Assembly: GCA_965203095.1 (NCBI GenBank) | Contig: OZ241877.1 | Coordinates: 192,001 to 256,000, forward strand | DNA length: 64,000 nt | Reading direction: 5' to 3' | DNA from: Bdellovibrionales bacterium | GTDB lineage: Bacteria; Bdellovibrionota; Bdellovibrionia; Bdellovibrionales; UBA1609 | Shown: positions 8,974 to 17,526 of the stretch, piece by piece | Layout of the letters: every line of letters starts with the position of its first letter | Numbering within the stretch: position 1 is the first letter of the stretch | The notes under the pieces: model-generated | Told to the model about the DNA's origin: nothing | Seen by the model: the letters and a program-made list of their open reading frames with translations, nothing else | The model's database searches: none | Made by a program: the position numbers and the translations under genes

Positions 8974-11322
8974 TTATTCATCTTGAACAGGGTCGATAGA
9001 CATTCTATCCACATCTCTTAACTCCTCCTTGTAATTAGGACAACGGCGATCCGTAATCTTAAACGGAGTATGTTCCTTAAGCTTGCTTAAATCCAAACCT
9101 CTGGCCTCCCAATCCACCTCCGGCAAATCCTTCCTACACTCAACAAGCTTCCTCTTACAAACCACCTCCCTCACCAAATACTCATGTAATGTCAATATAT
9201 TCGCCTTTGGCTGAATGTTCATAGGAATACAATCCCTCAACCTCAAAGGTGGAGGAAAAGGAAACTCCTTACCACCGGTCACATCCTCATAAGTCCGATC
9301 CACAAACCTCCAAACATCATCACGACGCTCCACTGCCTTCTCCTTCGCCGCAGAAATCGCACTCTTAAAATCCTCAATCCTATCAGGAGCCTCATCTATC
9401 CACCTGTTAAACTTCTCCGATATATTCTCATTCGCTATCCTTCTCCTCCGCTCCTTCGCTTGCCTTTCAAGCCTCCGGGCCGTAGCCCCCTTAACCAAAG
9501 GATTCACACTCCTCGTCCCTTGAGCCCAACCACCTAAAGGATCAAACCTCTTAGCCCTCTGCTCACGAGCATACTCCTTAATATTCTTAATATCCTCCGG
9601 ATGATAAATCTTAAGTTGCTCCTCTGTTAAAACCCCTTCTTCCAACAACAAAGCAATCTCCTCATCATGCTCTTTGTTATTAGAACCCTCAACAGTATTC
9701 TGCTGAACAACAGGATCAGAAGACAAAGCACCAGCACCCGAAGCAGAAACTGAACTTAGATGTCTGCTATTAGAACTATCCGTTCCTGAAGAAGTATCCT
9801 CTCCTCCTGAAGAACCTGGAGTAGTAGAAGTAGGAAGATTATTGGCCTGAGTAAAAGAACCTCCCCCTAAGGCCGAACAAGATTGCTGGAATATACCACC
9901 CACCTTAGCTAACCTCATAGACTCTGAAGTTTTTAAATCATTATAGGGTTTATCACAAGCCGACAAAAAAGGACTTTTTGACGATGACAAAGCCTCTGAT
10001 GATAGGGCCAAGTTAATATCCTTCCTCTCAGACGAAGGCCAAACTTGTGCCACTGCCTTACTGAACTCAAGATTTAAATTTTTTAAAGGTTGTTCACATT
10101 GGGAGCTACTTTGTTGATAAGCTCTCCCAGAGCTACTTACAAGCTCTCCTTCGTGCATAGCCATAGCCTCCACACTATGAAGGGCAAAACAAGAGAGAAA
10201 ATCCCTGTTAAAATCTTCTAACTCGGACAAACAGTTTTCAGCACATTTATCGGTAGAATCCTTGCATATATCATTTAACTGAGACAAAATACCAGACTTT
10301 GACCTTTGAAATGCAGGGCTATTTGCTTGGCACATATTACCACTGCCAGCAGTGTTTCCCGCAGTATTGTTTCCAGCAGATAAAAAAGGTTGCACCTGGG
10401 AATTGTATTTACTCATCACTTCCTCATTGGAAAAATACTCACAACCCGCCCCAGCACAACAACTCTCCACCTCTTTTGTTTGAGATAGGCAGGTTTTAAA
10501 TAAAGAGTTTTCTGAGTTAAGATTTATTTTAGATGATAAAGTAGCAATACAAGATCCTTGAGGGTCCCGGCAGGATTGTTCTGCTTTTTTATACAAATCA
10601 TCTAAAGATTCAAAAAAGGATGTGAATTTTTCTTGCTGTTCAAAACAACCGGCTTGTTTTAACTCGGACAATTTGGAACCGAAGTCACTAAGTGAGGCTT
10701 GGCCTGGATAACGGCTTGTTCTTCCATACCCTGAAAAGGCTCCCTGGGCTTTTTCGACACATTCAGCATAAAATTTATCCCATTCTGAAAAAGGTGGCCA
10801 TAAATTTTGAAGAGCTGATGGAGCTGTCATATCTGCTCGCACTTCAGAAACAGATTTAAACCTTTGGATAGAGGGACTCATTGCCAACTGATAAATATTG
10901 TTGAAACTATCAAAAATAGTTCCAGCACAGCTGTTTCTGGAATTGCGGATGCTTTGCTCCGATGTTTTTCGGTTTTCCACAGATCTTGCCTTATTGTAAT
11001 TCAACATAGCTGTTCTAAAAGAATTGTAATTATTTGGGCAAGCTTTTTGAAAGGCCATACTTGCCGGAAGGTGAGCATTAAAATAATAACTGGATCGCCC
11101 TGCTCGAGGATGGGCCACTCGGCCAAAATGTTGGCTCAACTCATCATCCACAAAACTTTGGTATTGATTGCTTATGTGATGCCCACTTGTTGCGGGAACT
11201 TGCTCAGTGTCTCTATACGATTCAAAGGCATCGTTGGCATTGCTGCTCCAAAAAGAAAGGCCCCCAATACCTATCAAAATAAGGGGAAATAAAAATACGG
11301 TTTTTTTTATATTGAATTTCAT
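8974..11322 (-). CDS. large exported Cys-rich hypothetical protein
   Basis: GGAGG RBS before ATG 11322; hydrophobic N-terminus; 22 Cys; Ser/Gly-rich linker before a charged C-terminal domain. Confidence 0.8.
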   Translation of the reverse strand: MKFNIKKTVFLFPLILIGIGGLSFWSSNANDAFESYRDTEQVPATSGHHISNQYQSFVDDELSQHFGRVAHPRAGRSSYYFNAHLPASMAFQKACPNNYNSFRTAMLNYNKARSVENRKTSEQSIRNSRNSCAGTIFDSFNNIYQLAMSPSIQRFKSVSEVRADMTAPSALQNLWPPFSEWDKFYAECVEKAQGAFSGYGRTSRYPGQASLSDFGSKLSELKQAGCFEQQEKFTSFFESLDDLYKKAEQSCRDPQGSCIATLSSKINLNSENSLFKTCLSQTKEVESCCAGAGCEYFSNEEVMSKYNSQVQPFLSAGNNTAGNTAGSGNMCQANSPAFQRSKSGILSQLNDICKDSTDKCAENCLSELEDFNRDFLSCFALHSVEAMAMHEGELVSSSGRAYQQSSSQCEQPLKNLNLEFSKAVAQVWPSSERKDINLALSSEALSSSKSPFLSACDKPYNDLKTSESMRLAKVGGIFQQSCSALGGGSFTQANNLPTSTTPGSSGGEDTSSGTDSSNSRHLSSVSASGAGALSSDPVVQQNTVEGSNNKEHDEEIALLLEEGVLTEEQLKIYHPEDIKNIKEYAREQRAKRFDPLGGWAQGTRSVNPLVKGATARRLERQAKERRRRIANENISEKFNRWIDEAPDRIEDFKSAISAAKEKAVERRDDVWRFVDRTYEDVTGGKEFPFPPPLRLRDCIPMNIQPKANILTLHEYLVREVVCKRKLVECRKDLPEVDWEARGLDLSKLKEHTPFKITDRRCPNYKEELRDVDRMSIDPVQDE

Positions 11323-11642
11323 GTTTTCCTCCCTGTTTTTATGTCTTGAAGTCATTTTCAACCACCTCTTGAGCTTAAACGGACTTACATCCTAACAATT
11401 TACAAAAAAAAATCAAAGCTTTTTTTAAGTTTTTTATCTAAAAACACTATTTTTTAGTTTCTTTATCTAAAGGCTATCCCATTTTGAGCAAAAAATACCT
11501 TGGCCCCTCACCAGGGATTTTGCTTGTGCAATAGTTTACAGAGGACTTTTTAGTTTATTTGCCCAAAGGCCACAGCATTTCGGGACGGCAATACCTTGGA
11601 CCCTCATGCTGTGGCTTTGGGCAAAAGCAATTGAAAAGCTTG

Positions 11643-11771
11643 CCTCTATGAAAAAGTCTACATTATGATAGATCGCACAAGCAAAAGTCCATCTTGTTCG
11701 CGGAAAAATACCTTGGACCCTCACCGCTGGCTTTTGCTTGTGCGATAAAGGACAGAGTTTTTTCACAGAGG
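11643..11771 (+). mobile_element. MITE-like palindromic element, family B, most complete copy
   Basis: Terminal IR CCTCTATGAAAAAGTCT / AGAGTTTTTTCACAGAGG; internal perfect 16-bp IR ATCGCACAAGCAAAAG / CTTTTGCTTGTGCGAT; relatives at 55131-55260, 56801-56866, 57446-57493 and 19655-19830. Confidence 0.65.
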
Positions 11772-12000
11772 ATTATTTAATTTCTTTGTTAAAAAGCTCC
11801 CCAAGCTTTTTAGTTCTTACCGAGTTTGCCCGAAAGCCCCCTGGGCTTTCAGGCTCCCGTGAAAACGGAAATCCAGATATCCTGGATCTCAACACTAAAG
11901 TTTTGTTCATGCTATAATTTCAGGAAAAATATTTAATTAAAAAACTGTTCAATCTTTAAACAGTTTTTTTAAAAAAACAGGTTTTGTTTAAAGGTTCAGT

Positions 12001-12039
12001 AGGCTAAAACTTGACTTTTAGCCTGTTTTTAGTTATAAA
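12001..12039 (+). promoter_or_regulatory. sigma70 promoter with palindrome around the -35 box, repeated before each array copy
   Basis: AGGCTAAAA-CTTGAC-TTTTAGCCT; TTGACT-17bp-TATAAA; -35 boxes at 12011, 13095, 14214, 15336, 16454; AAGGAGG RBS. Confidence 0.75.
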
Positions 12040-12080
12040 TGTTTCATATTCATATTAAAGCATAAAAATAAGGAGGATTT

Positions 12081-13040
12081 ATGTTTTTAAAGCTTTTAAC
12101 TTTGATGATGATGATTTTTACTTTAAATGCTTATGCCAATCCATCTTGTTCGGTAGTAGAGCAAGCATATCATAACTATCCGGAAAATGATGCTAATTCT
12201 ATGAATTATGCTCATTGCCTTATCTTTAACGGGGATAAAGAAAAGGCTTTAGCTTTTATCCAACAGCTTGACAACCAAGGCTATATTCCTGGGGTTTTTT
12301 ATATGGCCAAATATATTCAGCACCAATGGAATTATGGAACAAGGGATTATGATCGTTTAGATGAAATTATAATGGCTTATCTCCGGGTAATATCTTTAAT
12401 TGAAGGGGCTTATGACTATCCCCAATTTAATGGGCCACGTTTTGATGGTGCTCTGCTCTGGTATGAGCAAACAGACCAGATGGAGCTGAACTCCCATTAT
12501 AATGTTCCTATGACTTACTTTCATAAGTTTAAAAAAGGAGCCGCAGGCATTTATAATTTATATTTAATGCAATCTTCTAATTACAGTGGGGAGAGGGATT
12601 TAAACACTTACCCCACTTACAATTTATATACTGAAGACAGTTTGGAAAAAACCATTGAGCATGCCAACCGTTGCCTTTCCCTACCGATGAAAGATTATTT
12701 TATAGAGGAGGTCTACCAGTTTTATCAATCAGCTTGTCAGGTATTAAAAGATTCTGCCCAAGCCCTTTTGCCATTAGAGAGGGAAAGGCTCTCCCTTTTA
12801 AACAAAAGGTCTTGCAGGGATACTTTGCCGAATTGTCAAGAGTATGATGAATTGGTTAAAGAGAAAATGTTTCCGATTATTGGAGAAACTCATGATGAAT
12901 TGGATATAATATTTGATGAGCTGAATCGCTTTTTAGAAAAGAAGGATGCTTGCTTAGAGGCAGAACTTGAAAGAAGACAAAGACTTTTTGATGAGCAGGG
13001 AATAATCCTAACTGATGAATTTACTTGTGATATATCATAG
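12081..13040 (+). CDS. secreted helical protein, array copy 1 (unique C-terminus)
   Basis: Signal peptide MFLKLLTLMMMIFTLNAYA; AAGGAGG RBS; paralog of the next three ORFs. Confidence 0.92.
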   Translation: MFLKLLTLMMMIFTLNAYANPSCSVVEQAYHNYPENDANSMNYAHCLIFNGDKEKALAFIQQLDNQGYIPGVFYMAKYIQHQWNYGTRDYDRLDEIIMAYLRVISLIEGAYDYPQFNGPRFDGALLWYEQTDQMELNSHYNVPMTYFHKFKKGAAGIYNLYLMQSSNYSGERDLNTYPTYNLYTEDSLEKTIEHANRCLSLPMKDYFIEEVYQFYQSACQVLKDSAQALLPLERERLSLLNKRSCRDTLPNCQEYDELVKEKMFPIIGETHDELDIIFDELNRFLEKKDACLEAELERRQRLFDEQGIILTDEFTCDIS

Positions 13041-13160
13041 AAATTCGTTTTTTTAAAAAAACAAGTTTTGTTTAAAGGTTCAGTAGGTTAAAACTTGACT
13101 TTTAGCCTATTTTTAGTTATAAATGTTTCATATTGAAGTATAAAAAATTAAGGAGGATTT

Positions 13161-14132
13161 ATGTTTTTTAAGCTCTTAACTTTGATGATGATGATTTTTA
13201 CTTTAAATGCTTATGCCAATCCATCCTGTCGGGAATGGGAGGAAGAATATCATTATTCTCCAGATTATCTCCCGGATGTTATGGGTTATGCCCGTTGCCT
13301 TATCTTTAACGGGGATAAAGAAAAGGCTTTGGCTTTTATTCAAGACCTGGACAATCGAGGCTATATCCCTGGGGTTTTTTATATGGCCAAATATATTCAT
13401 GACAATTGGACTTTTAAGACAATGAATTATGATAAGTTAGATGAAACTATAGTGGCTTATCTCCGGGTAATATCTTTAATTGAAGGGACTTTTGACTACC
13501 CCCGATTTAATGGCCAAAATTTTGATACTGTCCTGCTCTGGCATGAGCAAACAGACCAGATGGAGCTGAACTCCCATTATAATGTTCCTATGACTTACTT
13601 TCATAAGTTTAAAAAAGGAGCGGCAGGTATTTATAATTTATATTTAATGCAATCTCCTAATTACAGTGGGGAGAGGGATTTAAACACTTACCCCACTTAC
13701 AATTTATATACTGAGGACAGTTTGGAAAAAACTATTGAGCATGCCAACCGTTGCCTTTCCCTACCGATGAAAGATTATTTTATAGAGGAGGTCTATAGGT
13801 TTTATCAATCGGCTTGTCAGGTATTAAAAGATTCTGCCCAAGCCCTTTTGCCATTAGAGGGGGAGAGGCTCTCCCTTTTAAACAAAAGATCTTGCAGGGA
13901 TACTTTGCCGGATTGTCAAGAGTATGATGAATTGGTTAAAGAGAAAATGTTTCCGATTATTGGAGAAACTCATGATGAATTGGAAGTGATATTTGATGAG
14001 TTGAGTCGCTTTGTAGAGGAGAAGGAAGCCCGTGATGCAGAGATAAGCAGAAAATTTCAGGAAGAACTGGACGCTGTCACTTCAGATGAGGAACACCTTG
14101 AACTTTTACGAAAATATAAACTGATTGATTAA
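13161..14132 (+). CDS. secreted helical protein, array copy 2
   Basis: Same architecture as copy 1; divergent N-terminal variable segments. Confidence 0.92.
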   Translation: MFFKLLTLMMMIFTLNAYANPSCREWEEEYHYSPDYLPDVMGYARCLIFNGDKEKALAFIQDLDNRGYIPGVFYMAKYIHDNWTFKTMNYDKLDETIVAYLRVISLIEGTFDYPRFNGQNFDTVLLWHEQTDQMELNSHYNVPMTYFHKFKKGAAGIYNLYLMQSPNYSGERDLNTYPTYNLYTEDSLEKTIEHANRCLSLPMKDYFIEEVYRFYQSACQVLKDSAQALLPLEGERLSLLNKRSCRDTLPDCQEYDELVKEKMFPIIGETHDELEVIFDELSRFVEEKEARDAEISRKFQEELDAVTSDEEHLELLRKYKLID

Positions 14133-14277
14133 ATTATTTTGATATTGAGAATTCTGGCTTTAAACAGTTTTTTTAAAAAATAAGTTTTGTTTAAAGGTTC
14201 AGCAGGTTAAAACTTGACTTTTAGCCTGTTTTTAGTTATAAATGTCTCATATTAAAGCATAAAAATAAGGAGGATTT

Positions 14278-15249
14278 ATGTTTTTTAAGCTCTTAACTTT
14301 GATGATGATGATTTTTACTTTAAATGCTTATGCCAATCCATCTTGTTCGGTAGTAGAGCAAGCATATCATGCTCATCCGGAACATAATGCTACTTCTATG
14401 AATTATGCTCATTGCCTTATCTTTAACGGGGATAAAGAAAAGGCTTTGGCTTTTATCCAACAGCTTGACAGACAAGGTTATATTCCTGGGGTTTTTTATA
14501 TGGCCAAATACATTCAGCACCAATGGAATTATGGAACAAGGGATTATGATCGTTTAGATGAAATTATAATGGCTTATCTCCGGGCAATCTCTTTAATTGA
14601 AGGGACTTTTGACTACCCCCGATTTAATGGCCAAAATTTTGATGGTGCTCTGCTCTGGTATGAGCAAACAGACAGTATGGAGCTGAACTCCCATTATCAG
14701 GTTCCTATGACTTACTTTCATAAATTTACACAAGGAGCTATCGGCATTTATAATTTATATTTAATGCAATCTCCTAATTATAGTGGAGGGAGGGATTTAA
14801 ACACTTACCCCACTTACAATTTATATACTGAGGACAGTTTGGAAAAAACTATTGAGCATGCCAACCGTTGCCTTTCCCTACCAATGAAGATTTATTTTAT
14901 AGAGGAGGTCTATAGGTTTTATCAATCAGCCTGTCAGGTATTAAAAGATTCTGCCCAAGCCCTTTTGCCATTAGAGGGGGAAAGGCTGTCCCTTTTAAAC
15001 AAAAGATCTTGCAGGAGTGCTTTGCCGAATTGTCAAGAGTATAATGACTTGGCTGATAGGGAAATGATTCCAATTATTGATAAAGTTTTTGATGAGTTAG
15101 ATGTAATATTTGATGAGTTGAACCGCTTTTTAGAAGAGAAGGAAGCTCGTGATGCAGAGATAAGCAGAAAATTTCAGGAAGAACTGGACGCTGTCACTTC
15201 AGATGAGGAACACCTTGAACTTTTACGAAAATATGACCTGATTGATTAA
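14278..15249 (+). CDS. secreted helical protein, array copy 3
   Basis: Same architecture; divergent segment SALPNCQEYNDLADREMIPIIDKVF. Confidence 0.92.
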   Translation: MFFKLLTLMMMIFTLNAYANPSCSVVEQAYHAHPEHNATSMNYAHCLIFNGDKEKALAFIQQLDRQGYIPGVFYMAKYIQHQWNYGTRDYDRLDEIIMAYLRAISLIEGTFDYPRFNGQNFDGALLWYEQTDSMELNSHYQVPMTYFHKFTQGAIGIYNLYLMQSPNYSGGRDLNTYPTYNLYTEDSLEKTIEHANRCLSLPMKIYFIEEVYRFYQSACQVLKDSAQALLPLEGERLSLLNKRSCRSALPNCQEYNDLADREMIPIIDKVFDELDVIFDELNRFLEEKEARDAEISRKFQEELDAVTSDEEHLELLRKYDLID

Positions 15250-15399
15250 ATTATTTTGATATTGAGAAACTTGGCTTTCCTGCCTCAACTTTTTTTTAAA
15301 AACAAGTTTTGTTTAAAGGTTCAGTAGGCTAAAACTTGACTTTTAGCTTGTTTTTAGTTATAAATGTTTCATATTGAGGCATAAAAATAAGGAGGATTT

Positions 15400-16371
15400 A
15401 TGTTTTTAAAGCTCTTAACCTTGATGATGATGATTTTTACTTTAAATGCTTATGCCAATCCATCTTGTTCGGTAGTAGAGCAAGCATATCATAACTATCC
15501 GGAAAATGATGCTAATTCTATGAATTATGCTCATTGCCTTATCTTTAACGGGGATAAAGAAAAGGCTTTAGCTTTTATCCAACAGCTTGACAGACAAGGT
15601 TATATTCCTGGGGCTTTTTATATGGCCAAACACATTCAGCACAGATGGAATTATGGAACAAGGGATTATGATCGTTTAGATGAAATTATAATGGCTTATC
15701 TCCGGGCAATCTCTTTAATTGAAGGGGCTTATGACTACCCCCGATTTAATGGCCAAAATTTTGATACTGTCCTGCTCTGGCATGAGCAAACAGACCAGAT
15801 GGAGCTGAGTTCTCATTATCGGGTCCCTATGACTTACTTTCATAAGTTTAAAAAAGGAGCGGCAGGTATTTATAATTTATATTTAATGCAATCTTCTAAT
15901 TACAGTGGGGAGAGGGATTTAAACACTTACCCCACTTACAATTTATATACTGAGGACAGTTTGGAAAAAACTATTGAGCATGCCAACCGTTGCCTTTCCC
16001 TACCGATGAAAGATTATTTTATAGAGGAGGTCTATAGGTTTTATCAATCGGCTTGTCAGGTATTAAAAGATTCTGCCCAAGCCCTTTTGCCATTAGAGGG
16101 GGAGAGGCTCTCCCTTTTAAACAAAAGATCTTGCAGGGATACTTTGCCGGATTGTCAAGAGTATGATGAATTGGTTAAAGAGAAAATGTTTCCGATTATT
16201 GGAGAAACTCATGATGAATTGGAAGTGATATTTGATGAGTTGAGTCGCTTTGTAGAGGAGAAGGAAGCCCGTGATGCAGAGATAAGCAGAAAATTTCAGG
16301 AAGAACTGGACGCTGTCACTTCAGATGAGGAACACCTTGAACTTTTACGAAAATATAAACTGATTGATTAA
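15400..16371 (+). CDS. secreted helical protein, array copy 4
   Basis: Same architecture; N-terminus like copy 1, C-terminal half like copy 2. Confidence 0.92.
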   Translation: MFLKLLTLMMMIFTLNAYANPSCSVVEQAYHNYPENDANSMNYAHCLIFNGDKEKALAFIQQLDRQGYIPGAFYMAKHIQHRWNYGTRDYDRLDEIIMAYLRAISLIEGAYDYPRFNGQNFDTVLLWHEQTDQMELSSHYRVPMTYFHKFKKGAAGIYNLYLMQSSNYSGERDLNTYPTYNLYTEDSLEKTIEHANRCLSLPMKDYFIEEVYRFYQSACQVLKDSAQALLPLEGERLSLLNKRSCRDTLPDCQEYDELVKEKMFPIIGETHDELEVIFDELSRFVEEKEARDAEISRKFQEELDAVTSDEEHLELLRKYKLID

Positions 16372-16517
16372 ATTATTTTGATATTGAGAATTCTGGCTTT
16401 AAACAGTTTTTTTAAAAAAACAGGTTTTGTTTAAAGGTTCAGTAGGCTAAAACTTGACTTTTAGCCTGTTTTTAGTTATAAATGTTTCATATTAAAGCAT
16501 AAAAATAAGGAGGATTT

Positions 16518-16613
16518 ATGTTTTTTAAGCTCTTAACTTTGATGATGATGATTTTTACTTTAAATGCTTATGCCAACCCGGCTTGTCAGGAATGGAAGCA
16601 AACTCTCACATAG
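16518..16613 (+). pseudogene. truncated array copy 5 (signal peptide plus 12 aa)
   Basis: MFFKLLTLMMMIFTLNAYANPACQEWKQTLT* with intact promoter and RBS; homology ends after about codon 26. Confidence 0.88.
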
Positions 16614-16641
16614 TTTTAAAATGAATTTTTAATTCAAACAA

Positions 16642-17475
16642 ATGACAGGTAATAAAATGAGTATAAAAGATTCAACAAAGGCCGATATTTTTTGGATTGA
16701 TTCTCATGCTCATATAGATAAATTGAGCGGTCCTGTTGAAGAGACATTAAAAAAGGCTCAAGAGGCGAAGGTTTTTCGGATTTTGACTATTGGCACAGAG
16801 CCAGAGGATTGGGAAAAGGTAATATCCCTTTGCCGGCAAAATTTTCCGGAAGTTTACGGTGCCTTGGGGATGCACCCCCACACTGCCAAGGACTTTAATG
16901 AGGACTGCGAAAAGTTTTTACAAAAACATTTGCCCTCAAAGCGAATTGTCGCTATGGGGGAAATTGGTTTAGATTATTATTATGAAAATTCAAAAAGGGA
17001 AACTCAAAAAGAGGTTTTTGAAAAACAACTCTCACTGGCTTATGATTTGAGAATGCCGGTGGAAATTCATACCCGACAAGCGGAAGAGGACACCAGCTTT
17101 TTTTTACAGCAATTCCGTGGGAAGTTAAGAGGGCTTTTGCACTGTTTTTCCAGTTCATACAGTTTAGCAAAACAAGCCTTAGACTATGGTTTTGATATTT
17201 CCTTTAGTGGGATTTTGACTTTTAAAAATGCGGAAAACTTAAGAGAAATTTGTAAAAAAATCCCTTTAGATCGCCTCCATATAGAAACTGATTCTCCTTT
17301 TTTATCCCCTGTGCCCTATCGTGGGAAGGAAAATCATCCCTCCCGCACTGCTCTTGTGGCCCAGCAGGTGGCGGAACTGCATTCTATAGATTTGCCATTG
17401 CTATCCGAACAGTTGAGGCAAAACACTTGGAATCTTTTCCCTAAAATCCAACAAGAAGAGAAAGAATCTTTTTGA
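16642..17475 (+). CDS. tatD: TatD family hydrolase
   Basis: IDSHAH, GMHPH, GEIGLDYYY, IHTR, LHCFS and ETDSPFLSP motifs. Confidence 0.93.
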   Translation: MTGNKMSIKDSTKADIFWIDSHAHIDKLSGPVEETLKKAQEAKVFRILTIGTEPEDWEKVISLCRQNFPEVYGALGMHPHTAKDFNEDCEKFLQKHLPSKRIVAMGEIGLDYYYENSKRETQKEVFEKQLSLAYDLRMPVEIHTRQAEEDTSFFLQQFRGKLRGLLHCFSSSYSLAKQALDYGFDISFSGILTFKNAENLREICKKIPLDRLHIETDSPFLSPVPYRGKENHPSRTALVAQQVAELHSIDLPLLSEQLRQNTWNLFPKIQQEEKESF

Positions 17476-17526
17476 CGAAGTTTGACGAAGTGAGTTTTTT
17501 ATTTTATAGATGAGTTGAAGGGAAAA

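Larger units (their letters stand above)
11960..16613 (+). repeat. tandem array of ~1.1-kb units (promoter plus secreted-protein gene); four full copies and one truncated
   Basis: Starts at 12081, 13161, 14278, 15400 and 16518; near-identical ~120-bp upstream block and signal peptide in each. Confidence 0.97.

Noticed and set aside
11536..11766. Short ORFs sharing MRVQGI/MRIQGIF (also 19767-19958) and the ORF at 55027-55209
   Set aside because: They are translations of the dispersed repeat elements, with no RBS or independent support
12081..16613. Diversity-generating retroelement behind the array variation
   Set aside because: Differences are not confined to adenines, whole genes with promoters are repeated, and there is no reverse transcriptase or TR/VR pair in the window
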